Part shown: one piece after another, positions 7,801-15,989 of the stretch
Position numbering within the stretch: position 1 is the first letter of the stretch
Layout: every line of letters starts with the position of its first letter
Origin: Candidatus Kerfeldbacteria bacterium
Lineage (GTDB): Bacteria > Patescibacteriota > Patescibacteriia > SBBC01 > CAIJZX01
DNA length: 40,944 nt
Direction: 5' to 3'
NCBI GenBank assembly: GCA_043766165.1
Contig: JAYUIJ010000092.1
Span: forward strand, 1 to 40,944
Translations under genes and position numbers: made by a program
The notes under the pieces: model-generated
Told to the model about the DNA's origin: nothing
Database searches by the model: none
The model's input: only the letters and a program-made list of their open reading frames with translations

Positions 7801-8466
7801 ATGCCCCTCATTTCCCTCGACCACATTTCCAAAGTTTTCAAACTCGGCGATTCAGATGTTCGCGCGTTAGATGGTGTTTCACTAAACGTCTCAGCCGGAG
7901 AGTTTGTTGCAGTTATGGGTCAGTCAGGGAGCGGCAAATCAACGTTAATGAATATTATTGGTTTACTGGACCGTCCGACCAGTGGTACATACACGCTTGA
8001 TAATCAAGCAGTATCATTATCCATGTCTGATCGATCCCAAGCAAAACTTCGCGGCGGATTTATTGGTTTCATTTTTCAGAATTTTAATTTGTTACCCAAC
8101 TTGGATGTGATGGCGAACGTTGCTTTACCAGCTTCGTATGTTCGTACTGCCGGAGCCGATAAGAATCGGGCTAAACAATTACTCGAACAGGTTGGTCTTG
8201 GCCATCGTCTCCATCATCAACCCAGTAAACTCTCCGGCGGCGAACGTCAACGTGTCGCGATCGCCCGTGCCTTGATGAATAACCCAAAAGTTATCTTGGC
8301 TGACGAGCCGACCGGAAACCTTGATTCGAAATCCGGCGATGAAGTGATGAAAATTTTGATGGATCTCAATCACAGCGGCACAACGTTACTGATGGTCACC
8401 CATAACGAAGAGTTGGCCAAGAAAGCGAATCGAACGATTCAGATGAAGGATGGAAAAATTTTATGA
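7801..8466 (+). CDS. ABC transporter ATP-binding protein (MacB/LolD/FtsE-like)
   Basis: Walker A GQSGSGKST, signature LSGGERQRVAIARAL, Walker B ILADEPTGNLD, H-loop MVTHN. The family-typical start MPLISLDHISKVF is at 7801; the ORF extends to 7711. Confidence 0.9.
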   Translation: MPLISLDHISKVFKLGDSDVRALDGVSLNVSAGEFVAVMGQSGSGKSTLMNIIGLLDRPTSGTYTLDNQAVSLSMSDRSQAKLRGGFIGFIFQNFNLLPNLDVMANVALPASYVRTAGADKNRAKQLLEQVGLGHRLHHQPSKLSGGERQRVAIARALMNNPKVILADEPTGNLDSKSGDEVMKILMDLNHSGTTLLMVTHNEELAKKANRTIQMKDGKIL

Positions 8467-8572
8467 CCCAGCCCCACAATAGCCAAAATACTGTCCTGAG
8501 TTCAAATGTACAAGTGTTTATTAAAAACATCATGAATTCCAAAATTATCTATTCACTATTGTGGAGCTGGGT

Positions 8573-9799
8573 ATGATTCTCCTCCAAGCCCTCCGCAACG
8601 CTTTCCGCTCGATCTGGTCGAAAAAAACCCGTTCAGTATTAACCATGCTCGGCGTTATTATCGGCGTAGCCCAAATTATTGCTCTGATCGGTCTCGGTCA
8701 AGGTATTAAAAAACAAGTAGCCTCAGAAGTGACACAACTTGGATCGAATCTACTGTTTATCGCTTCCGGTCAAATTATCGATAAAAATGGCAATCCGAAT
8801 CCAGCCGCCTCAGCCGGAGCCTCAACCCTGACCGACAAAGACATAACCATCTTACGAAGGTTGCCTGAAATTAAAGACAGCGCTATTCTTTCGCTCTTAG
8901 CTGGGTTAGCAACAACCGATGGTAAAACTTCTACCGGTGCAACCAACCTAGCGGTTGAGCCGAGTTATTTTAAACTTTTTTCTACGGCTAAATTGGCGGC
9001 CGGCCGACTTATTTCGCAACAGGATCTTGATCAACAACGTAAAGTCATGGTGATTGATAATGGTCCTCGCGCAGCGCTCTTCCCCGGGCTGACGTCAAAG
9101 GACGTGATCGGAAAAACAGTAAAGTTTAGCAAAGATGATTTTGAAATTATTGGTTCATTAGAAACACCGCCTTCTACTTCGGCTTTTGGCGGATCGGGAT
9201 TCTCAAACGCCTTGTTCATTCCGTACACCACCGCTAAAGTTATTAACTCAAATACACAAATATTTCGAATATTACTTCAGACTGACGCCAATCTTGATGT
9301 AAAAGTAGTGGCCACAAAAGTAAAAGCTACCTTGTTACAAGAACACGGCGCTGAGGATTTTACGGTTCTCACCCAAGATGACTTACTTGGGGTCGTCAAT
9401 AAAATATTAACACTTATTACTTCCGCGATTGTTGGATTGGCGTCTATTTCTCTGATTGTTGGTGGGATTGGCATCATGAATATCATGCTCGTCGCGGTTT
9501 CCGAGCGCACAAAAGAAATCGGCTTACGGAAAGCCCTCGGCGCGACGCGAGCCAGCATCCTCTGGCAATTCCTCACTGAGTCCGCGATTATTTCACTGCT
9601 CGGCGGTGCCATCGGCGTTGGACTCGTCGCCATTGCCGCCATTCTGGTTAAACAAAAAGCCAATCTGGAAATTGTGATTGACCTACATAGCATATTAATG
9701 GCCACCGGCTTCTCACTCGGCGTCGGCGTGATCTTCGGATTACTGCCTGCGTTCCGGGCGGCACGTAAGGATGCAATTGAAGCTTTGAGATATGAGTAG
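8573..9799 (+). CDS. ABC transporter permease, MacB/FtsX family
   Basis: N-terminal TM, a large extracytoplasmic domain, and a C-terminal FtsX-type 3-TM module (GGIGIMNIMLVAVSERTKEIGLRKALGA...). It follows the ATPase gene. Confidence 0.85.
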   Translation: MILLQALRNAFRSIWSKKTRSVLTMLGVIIGVAQIIALIGLGQGIKKQVASEVTQLGSNLLFIASGQIIDKNGNPNPAASAGASTLTDKDITILRRLPEIKDSAILSLLAGLATTDGKTSTGATNLAVEPSYFKLFSTAKLAAGRLISQQDLDQQRKVMVIDNGPRAALFPGLTSKDVIGKTVKFSKDDFEIIGSLETPPSTSAFGGSGFSNALFIPYTTAKVINSNTQIFRILLQTDANLDVKVVATKVKATLLQEHGAEDFTVLTQDDLLGVVNKILTLITSAIVGLASISLIVGGIGIMNIMLVAVSERTKEIGLRKALGATRASILWQFLTESAIISLLGGAIGVGLVAIAAILVKQKANLEIVIDLHSILMATGFSLGVGVIFGLLPAFRAARKDAIEALRYE

Positions 9800-9852
9800 G
9801 GGTAGGAAGTACAAAGTAGTCAAAAGAAAAACACCACAATAGTTCTGTGATG

Positions 9853-10203
9853 TTAAACGGCGAACGGATAGGCATGGAATGAATCAGGTTTCTGATCTGG
9901 AATCGCTGTCCATCGTCGGCGGGCGTGATTGTAGATGATGCGCACGTGAATTTGTCGGACCGAGATAACCGGTTGCCTGAAGAAGCAGACTGGGTCATAG
10001 GTCAGTTCAATCGCTTGGCGCACCTCGTTACGAATACGGGCAATGCCAGCCTGGCGTTTGAAGCGTAAGGTCATGACGTGACCATACTGATCCATCGTGA
10101 CCGTTACAACTAGGTCAGTCGGCTGGGGATTATCAATAATCAGAGCAACTGCGGCGATGGTTATCAGTAAGCACAGATACTTCAGTGCTAAGGAGTTGGA
10201 CAT
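9853..10203 (-). CDS. small secreted/anchored hypothetical protein
   Basis: MSNSLALKYLCLLITIAAVALII signal/anchor. AGGGAGGG sits upstream of the ATG at 10203, 14 nt after the stop of the upstream barrel-like gene. Confidence 0.5.
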   Translation of the reverse strand: MSNSLALKYLCLLITIAAVALIIDNPQPTDLVVTVTMDQYGHVMTLRFKRQAGIARIRNEVRQAIELTYDPVCFFRQPVISVRQIHVRIIYNHARRRWTAIPDQKPDSFHAYPFAV

Positions 10204-10217
10204 TCGCCCTCCCTGGG

Positions 10218-10820
10218 TTACCACTGTTGGATAACGTACCCGAGGTCATAGGTGAGACGGGCATTATGAGAAGCATGTAGGCCAAGTGCAACTCGGATAG
10301 CTCCCGGTCCATAATTCCACGTCCCGAAAACTTTTGTGGTGTGATGGAACTCCGTATCGAACTTGAGAATTTCTTCGGTGCCGATTGAACGATTGCTGAT
10401 GTGACGGCTGTAGGTAGCAGTCGTCATGGCATAGGTTAGGACATTCGTAACACCCGGTTCAAGATCCCATCGCTGCTCTGCTTCAACCCGAAATGGCCAG
10501 ATTGTTCGATTGAGAAAATCATCTCGATCAGTCGACCACCAGGCCCAGCGAATCAGGGCATGTCCGCGTAGACTGCGACGATTGGCGTCGAACCCGGAAC
10601 CGAGGCTAAAGACTGTTTCACCGCCGAGCGTCGGCTTACTGTATCCTACACCAATGTTCATGCCGCGCATATTTCCAGTAGTTGTCATTAGCCAAGCGCC
10701 ATACGATTGAACATGTTCGAGCTGAGGACTTCCTTCTGTGAATCGATAGTCAAATCGTTCCCCGGCTACTCCCGCCGTTGCGCATAGCATTAAAACGAAC
10801 AGCGTCACCATCATGCGCAT
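10218..10820 (-). CDS. signal-peptide protein with beta-barrel-like sequence pattern
   Basis: MRMMVTLFVLMLCATAGVAG signal, then alternating-hydrophobicity G/Y/W-rich segments (MNIGVGYSKP, TVFSLGSGFDA, HALIRWAWW, AIRVALGLHASHNARLTYDLGYVIQQW) ending in W. Confidence 0.6.
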   Translation of the reverse strand: MRMMVTLFVLMLCATAGVAGERFDYRFTEGSPQLEHVQSYGAWLMTTTGNMRGMNIGVGYSKPTLGGETVFSLGSGFDANRRSLRGHALIRWAWWSTDRDDFLNRTIWPFRVEAEQRWDLEPGVTNVLTYAMTTATYSRHISNRSIGTEEILKFDTEFHHTTKVFGTWNYGPGAIRVALGLHASHNARLTYDLGYVIQQW

Positions 10821-10863
10821 CGTTCACCTCCTAGTGAAATGTAAGGAACGGCATCTATCGGTC

Positions 10864-10891
10864 AGTCTACGCCGTTAGGAAAAAGTTGCAA
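10864..10891 (-). promoter_or_regulatory. sigma70-type promoter for 10218..10820
   Basis: Minus strand TTGCAA-16 nt-TAGACT. Confidence 0.45.
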
Positions 10892-10919
10892 CTATAGTTT
10901 TCAAGAAAAAGCCCGGCAG

Positions 10920-11414
10920 TTATTGCCGAGCGGGTAATTGTTGGAGTACGTTCCAAGCGGGTCCTTCGTGCCCATGAAGCTCAGGTAGTTTTTTGTACAA
11001 GAGTGACCGTGCTTTGTGCCGTGACAATCCAGAACGGTGCATCAGAAAGTGCATATTGCCTACCAAGTGCCACCATTCTCCGCGGGTCAGTTCAGCCGGA
11101 CGGAAACGTTGCATCAACTGTCGAAGTGTAATCAAACGAATACCTGAGTTACTTGGCAACATGCGTTGTGACAGAGAAGCTTGAGCGTCTGGGTCGGTTC
11201 GAAGCTGTCTTGCCATATCGCACATATCCTGAGACAGTTGACTGGAATCAAAGCCAGCGCCACACCAGGCGAAATGGTATCCCAGATCTACACCGACTTC
11301 ACCGGCTAAATAGATTCCGTTTTGCACCAAGCGACGGTTCTGATATCTGCATGGATCACCACGCAATGATAGCCGCTGAAGAATCAAATACAACGCAATA
11401 TGAGTACTCTCCAT
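10920..11414 (-). CDS. hypothetical protein, 164 aa
   Basis: AGGAGG lies 5 nt before the ATG at 11414 (MESTHIALYLILQRL...). The promoter at 11460-11488 would place the TSS downstream of the ORF-track start at 11501, which excludes that start. No family recognised. Confidence 0.5.
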   Translation of the reverse strand: MESTHIALYLILQRLSLRGDPCRYQNRRLVQNGIYLAGEVGVDLGYHFAWCGAGFDSSQLSQDMCDMARQLRTDPDAQASLSQRMLPSNSGIRLITLRQLMQRFRPAELTRGEWWHLVGNMHFLMHRSGLSRHKARSLLYKKLPELHGHEGPAWNVLQQLPARQ

Positions 11415-11459
11415 GGATTCCTCCTGACCGAAAGTAAAAAAGAGCATCAACGTTTGCGA

Positions 11460-11488
11460 ACCGTAGCAATGGATGATGGTCTTGTCAA
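11460..11488 (-). promoter_or_regulatory. sigma70-type promoter for 10920..11414
   Basis: Minus strand TTGACA-17 nt-TACGGT. Confidence 0.5.
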
Positions 11489-11506
11489 GATTACGCCACA
11501 TGGCAA

Positions 11507-11530
11507 AACACCGTCCTTTCGGGCGGTGTT
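11507..11530. terminator. hairpin terminator downstream of the beta-helix gene
   Basis: aacaccgtcc-tttc-gggcggtgtt (10 bp including one G-U), with T-rich sequence on both sides. Confidence 0.5.
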
Positions 11531-11565
11531 TCTGTTTGTTTTTGCTAACTACTTTTTTTTAATCG

Positions 11566-13449
11566 TTAGGGCATTTGGTTGATCGTCACTAAGATGTTCG
11601 GCGCGGTGGTGAGGTTTCCGGCCGTATCTCGGGCGACAGCGGACAAGGTACGGACTACGAACCCGCCTTCTTTTGAGATGTCCCAGTTGAATATGTATGG
11701 AGCAGTTGTGTCCTCTATGCCGCGTGGGCGACCATTAACATAGAGGGTGACACCCGCAACGCCAACGTTATCGGCAGCTGTAACGGTGACTTGAGCGGTT
11801 GCGCCTTTGAGAACTTGCTTGTTGATGGGTGAAGTGATTGAGACAGTCGGCGGCGTAGTATCAGCCACGGTAGTTGAGGTCAATGTTGCCCCGATATTTG
11901 TCCCGTCACTGGCAGTGTGGTATGCAGGTGATGGGTTGCTGCTGGTAGTTAGTAATGTGGTTGTAGCAAGAGAGAAGTCGCCAGCGGTTGGATTTAAGAA
12001 GAGCGGATTACCTTCAATTGAGGCGGCATCTAATGATGTCGCGAGTGTTTGCCAGCCGGTTTTTGTAACTGTAGTTTGTGAGCCAACCACGGTGAACTTG
12101 ACCGCAGCACCTCGGTTTTGGAACAGGTTGTGATCGGCGCTGTAGCGGGCGCTAAAATCTGTCATGTTGGTAATGTGGTCGTAGCTATACATTGAGCCGT
12201 TGGCCGTGGAGAAAATGTTGTCACGGACGATGGTGGCCGGTGTACCCAGCGTATCGTACTTCATCGTCGCGCCGGCGTCATCACGATAGACCGTATTGTG
12301 GGTGAAACTATTGCCCTTGCCGGAAAGCAAGTTCGTTGTTTCGAATCCAGCGAGTTGGGCTGCTCCGGAATAGTGAATCGTATTATTGGTAATCGTGTTG
12401 TTGCTGCCATACGCTTGCAGGTAAACACCCGGCGCGTTTTTATTATTGATCACGTTATTGCGGAAGACGAGATCGCTTGGATCGCCCGGGTCAGGCCATT
12501 GTCCGGCGGTTGCTTCTAAACCGGTGCTCGTAAATAAGGCGCCCCAGCCTTGATTGAGATTGAAGGTATTATTTTCGATGATATGATTATTCGATTGGTC
12601 GCGCAGATAAATACCGACGGCCGAGCCGGTGGCGACAAAGGTGTTATGGCGGATCGTCGCGTAGGTTGAACAGCGGACGGTTAACAGTAATGGCTCATCT
12701 CCGCCGACCGCGCTCGTTTCAAAGTAGTTATCTTCGATCAGGTAGTTGCCACGGGTACATTCGTAGACCGTCGCTGATTTTGTTAACGGCGGGTTACCAA
12801 TGTAGACGAGTTTCTGAGCCGAGCTTTTAATGGTGTTACGCTGCAAGGTTAAACCTTCCAAAGGGTTCGTCGCACCAGCTTCGTTATTAAACTTGGCGAA
12901 GGTCGAATCTTGAATGGTTAAATCATCACCGCTTACGTTATACACGCCTTGGCCGAGGGTCAGATGGTGCAAGGTCGTGAAATCAGAACCGTCACCATAG
13001 TTGGTCACTTGGCCGTTGCTGGTGAAGTTGTAGGCGGTGACGTGATTGCTGTTGGATACATAGAATGCGTCGTAACCGGTGACGTTGATGTTTTTTCCGT
13101 TTCCGTCGATCGTAACGTTGGCTGTGTTTTTTACCATTAAGCAGGGCGAGGCTCCGCTTAGGTCATTACTGAGAATGTATGAGCCCGACGTCGTAATCGT
13201 CTTACAACCGGTAATTGGAATGGCAGTTGAGGCAATGGTATTCGTTCTTGCGCTGTTGGTTGTCGTCGCAGTGGTTTTTTTTGTGGTGGTCGCTCTCAAA
13301 ACGGCAAACGCTCCAACTGAGCCAACTAAACCTAAGGCAATCGACGTAATCGCAAAAACACGGGTAAAGGTCTCTACCCGGCTAACGGCGACTGTTTTTT
13401 CTTCCACGTTACTTGATGTGTTTCTCATACTTTTCTTATTAGTTTTCAT
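11566..13449 (-). CDS. membrane-anchored right-handed parallel beta-helix (pectin-lyase-fold/NosD-like) surface protein with C-terminal Ig-like domain
   Basis: N-terminal anchor FAITSIALGLVGSVGAFAVL plus a T-rich linker. Many N/G/T-rich ~22-aa repeats (IENNTFNL, FRNNVINN, ITNNTIHY, FTHNTVYR, VRDNIFS). C-terminal TPPTVSITSP...VTVTAADNVGVAGVTLYVNG is Ig-like. Confidence 0.75.
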   Translation of the reverse strand: MKTNKKSMRNTSSNVEEKTVAVSRVETFTRVFAITSIALGLVGSVGAFAVLRATTTKKTTATTTNSARTNTIASTAIPITGCKTITTSGSYILSNDLSGASPCLMVKNTANVTIDGNGKNINVTGYDAFYVSNSNHVTAYNFTSNGQVTNYGDGSDFTTLHHLTLGQGVYNVSGDDLTIQDSTFAKFNNEAGATNPLEGLTLQRNTIKSSAQKLVYIGNPPLTKSATVYECTRGNYLIEDNYFETSAVGGDEPLLLTVRCSTYATIRHNTFVATGSAVGIYLRDQSNNHIIENNTFNLNQGWGALFTSTGLEATAGQWPDPGDPSDLVFRNNVINNKNAPGVYLQAYGSNNTITNNTIHYSGAAQLAGFETTNLLSGKGNSFTHNTVYRDDAGATMKYDTLGTPATIVRDNIFSTANGSMYSYDHITNMTDFSARYSADHNLFQNRGAAVKFTVVGSQTTVTKTGWQTLATSLDAASIEGNPLFLNPTAGDFSLATTTLLTTSSNPSPAYHTASDGTNIGATLTSTTVADTTPPTVSITSPINKQVLKGATAQVTVTAADNVGVAGVTLYVNGRPRGIEDTTAPYIFNWDISKEGGFVVRTLSAVARDTAGNLTTAPNILVTINQMP

Positions 13450-13522
13450 TTTTTACTGTTGTTTAGCCAAAAAAATATTTTTTGTGACCACGAAGCGGTA
13501 TTTTTCGCTTCTTAGTATCCGT

Positions 13523-13551
13523 AGTATATCACGAAAATGGGTAAAAGTCAA
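13523..13551 (-). promoter_or_regulatory. sigma70-type promoter for the beta-helix gene
   Basis: Minus strand TTGACT-17 nt-TATACT. Confidence 0.6.
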
Positions 13552-13563
13552 TAAATTTTCGAT

Positions 13564-13592
13564 AAAAAAAGACCCCACAGTGTTGTGAGGTC
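13564..13592 (-). terminator. intrinsic terminator after the lipoprotein gene
   Basis: Minus strand gacctcaca-acac-tgtggggtc followed by ttttttt. Confidence 0.7.
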
Positions 13593-13619
13593 AAAGAATG
13601 TAGAATGATCAATGTTCGA

Positions 13620-14258
13620 TTACCGATGAGGCAGAATCCCGATTTCGAACCGTTCGGTACAAACGTCGGCGTTCCACTGTACCGTGACCGGAACGTTCGA
13701 CAACGGTACAGCGCCGGGGTTGAATGTCAATCGGATCGTACCGAGATATTCGACGACCACCTTGTACTTTCCGGCGGGAACGTTATGCGCCACCAGCCAG
13801 ACATGTCGCCCACCCTTGTAATTGTTGGGCTGATAGACGATATCCCGGCCAGTCGAGTCGCGCAGGTAATACGAGCCGTTCGTACCATTGATACCGATGA
13901 TGTGAAACTTCAAATCTTGATCGGATCGATCACTGTAGTCGATCACCGCCTCGGTCCGCCAGATGCTCAGACTCGGAATCGAAATACCCGAAGCGATTGT
14001 CTTGGTTGAATGATCGCGATCGACCGTTACACAAGTAGTAGCGATTCCAGTCCAGGCCGTATCCGGTTCACCACTTGAAGGTGGTATTGGTGGGATGACG
14101 ACCACGACTGTGTCGATGATGACCATCGTGTCACGGACGGAGATCACCGGGGCGGTTGGCACAAGCATATGGTTACGATCGAAACCGCAACCAATGATGC
14201 TCAACGTAACAACGGCCAACAAGGTTACCAGCAGCGCAACAGTTGCTTTCTGACGCAT
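13620..14258 (-). CDS. putative lipoprotein
   Basis: MRQKATVALLVTLLAVVTLSIIGCG has a lipobox-like L-S-I-I-G-C. GGAGG lies 8 nt before the ATG at 14258; the ORF track begins at GTG 14267. It starts 13 nt after the stop of the 380-aa gene. Confidence 0.6.
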   Translation of the reverse strand: MRQKATVALLVTLLAVVTLSIIGCGFDRNHMLVPTAPVISVRDTMVIIDTVVVVIPPIPPSSGEPDTAWTGIATTCVTVDRDHSTKTIASGISIPSLSIWRTEAVIDYSDRSDQDLKFHIIGINGTNGSYYLRDSTGRDIVYQPNNYKGGRHVWLVAHNVPAGKYKVVVEYLGTIRLTFNPGAVPLSNVPVTVQWNADVCTERFEIGILPHR

Positions 14259-14270
14259 GAGCATCACCTC

Positions 14271-15413
14271 CTAGTGGTTTCCAAAGGAAAGCAGAACGGA
14301 AATTCCGCCGCTCAAACCCTGCTTCTTGGTATCAGGCATATTCGGAATGCTCGAGGCTTCGTTGGTTGCTCCGTAGCCGATCGTACCTGACACTTCAGGT
14401 ATGAAGCGCCAGATCGGGTAACTGAGAGTGACAACGCCGCCACCGTAGTATCCCTGAACTTTCGAGTCGTTATGAAGATTGATTGTCTGTGCGTGCAGTC
14501 CAGTCAGGCCAGCCCGGCAGTACTTGCCGTATTGTCCATCTTGTAGCGGTGCCCACAGAATCAACTCACCACCTTCGAAGTGGTTATCACCGACGCGGGG
14601 CACAAGTTGCGTACCAAATTGCTCGACGTTCGTATCGAGATGGTACGTCTGCCCGCCGAATCCACGAATAGCCACGTCATAGTACCGATACGTGAAGCTA
14701 ACCGTCGGTCCGTTGAAGTTGAAGTCGGCGATACTGTATGCTGACTGACCGAGGCCAACTGTCAGCCCGATATCACTCTTGTGTACGACATCTTTGTTGG
14801 CGTTTTTGAGTGAGTCGAGTTGCGCTTGCAAATACAGATCGTGGCTATCGATGTACAACCGAAGATCGGTCGTTGAATCAACCAACTCTGGTCGGTACAC
14901 GATGTCAGTCCGAAGTGGGTTCTTGGCTTCTTTAGGCATCCGGATCTTGACCCAGATGAACCGCCGTTCCCAGTTCTCCATCGTCCGACTGGCGGCGATG
15001 GTATGCGGCAAACCAATGATGGCGATATCGCGACGGCCGGAACGTAGGCCGTGCTGTTGGAGTCGATCGTACTTCCGATTTCCCTTTGTGTACTTCCGAT
15101 CGAAATTCAGCGCGGACGTGCCAGCGAATCCCATGCCCATTTCGTTCAGGCTGTCGACGTCAACATTGGCGTCGAGATCCTGGAAGTACTCCTCGTTACC
15201 CTTCGGCCAATCATCAAGACCGCCGTCACTGAACAGATCAGAAACGTGGCGTTCGACAATAGTCGTACCGAGCGGCAGGGTGGAGATTTCGTTCTGGATG
15301 ATGTTTTCGACTCTGGCCGGGAACTTGTCGACGAGGTGCGGCTTGGCATAGCCAACATTTGCTAGCAGACCAAGACTCACCAACGTCAACAACGAAAACA
15401 GACGATGCTTCAC
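14271..15413 (-). CDS. secreted protein, paralog A (N-terminal domain, coiled coil, beta-rich C-terminal domain)
   Basis: GTG start with AAGGAGG 5 nt upstream. Signal MKHRLFSLLTLVSLGLLANVGYA. Shares RRDIAIIGLPHTIAA and NPLRTDIVYRPEL blocks with 15990..17264. The C-terminal ~170 aa are G/Y-rich beta-strand-like and end ISVLLSFGNH. Confidence 0.7.
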   Translation of the reverse strand: MKHRLFSLLTLVSLGLLANVGYAKPHLVDKFPARVENIIQNEISTLPLGTTIVERHVSDLFSDGGLDDWPKGNEEYFQDLDANVDVDSLNEMGMGFAGTSALNFDRKYTKGNRKYDRLQQHGLRSGRRDIAIIGLPHTIAASRTMENWERRFIWVKIRMPKEAKNPLRTDIVYRPELVDSTTDLRLYIDSHDLYLQAQLDSLKNANKDVVHKSDIGLTVGLGQSAYSIADFNFNGPTVSFTYRYYDVAIRGFGGQTYHLDTNVEQFGTQLVPRVGDNHFEGGELILWAPLQDGQYGKYCRAGLTGLHAQTINLHNDSKVQGYYGGGVVTLSYPIWRFIPEVSGTIGYGATNEASSIPNMPDTKKQGLSGGISVLLSFGNH

Positions 15414-15538
15414 AGCGTCCTCCTTTGAGGGATTTTAAACATCAGGAAAGATGACTGCATCAGCAATCATTGACGATAGGTATCTCCTCTCGTTATTTCT
15501 TCAGTTTTCAAAGTCGACAGGCGCTTCTCAGTGGACGC

Positions 15539-15566
15539 ACCATAGCAGAAATACAGGGTTTGTCAA
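15539..15566 (-). promoter_or_regulatory. sigma70-type promoter for paralog A
   Basis: Minus strand TTGACA-16 nt-TATGGT. Direct repeats TAGCTCGTTAGC (15577-15588) and TAGCTCATTAGC (15594-15605) lie just upstream of the -35. Confidence 0.55.
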
Positions 15567-15642
15567 GGGCTTGGGATAGCTCGTTAGCGGGCTTAGCTCA
15601 TTAGCTTGCTGGTTTGTTTGTCCTGGCGGAAATAAGGAATGT

Positions 15643-15912
15643 TAATATTTTTCTCACAGCGTACCCCTTCAGGGTGCGCTGTGACGTGGGAGCATTGGAA
15701 GCATTGTTGTATTCAACAACACGCGCGTCTCCCCGCGTACGTTGTTATAGTAGAAGTTTTAAAGTTAAAATCTCCGGTATCAAATAAAAGACAAATTTCA
15801 AATTATCCTGACTATCACGTTTACGGTACCGCGGACTGACCCCGCCTGCTGGCGGGATCCCGTCTACTTTTTGTCTTTATCAGGGACGGGAAAAGTCCGC
15901 ATCAATCCCTTT
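15643..15912 (+). repeat. structured noncoding element, copy A (possible sRNA or REP-like element)
   Basis: TGtTAATAT (15640-15648). Hairpin 1 at 15655-15683 (cacagcgtaccc/gggtgcgctgtg). Hairpin 2 at 15715-15746. Further blocks accgcggactg (15828-15838) and caatcccttt (15903-15912). Homologous blocks occur in copies B and C. Confidence 0.55.
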
Positions 15913-15947
15913 CGTGCTTTTGGAATTTGTCATGTGGGTTTTGCAAT

Positions 15948-15977
15948 AAAAAAAGACTCCATGGTCTCATAGAGTCT
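15948..15977 (-). terminator. intrinsic terminator after paralog B
   Basis: Minus strand agactc-N12-gagtct followed by ttttttt. Confidence 0.5.
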
Positions 15978-15989
15978 GATAGAAATGAA

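Noticed and set aside
10218-10820. HASHNA near the C-terminus of the 200-aa barrel-like protein resembles the H-x-S-N-[AG] catalytic motif of PagL-type lipid A deacylases.
   Set aside because: The spacing differs by one residue and the rest of the family pattern could not be verified by eye. An LPS-modifying enzyme would also be inconsistent with the apparent lack of outer-membrane genes. It is left as an unassigned barrel-like protein.
10920-11414. Possible Panacea/SocA (DUF4065) antitoxin-like domain in the 164-aa protein (…GYHFAWCGAGFDSSQL…).
   Set aside because: There is only a vague resemblance to the F/W-x-W-x-x-GP motif region, and no adjacent toxin-like partner. This is not enough to make the call.
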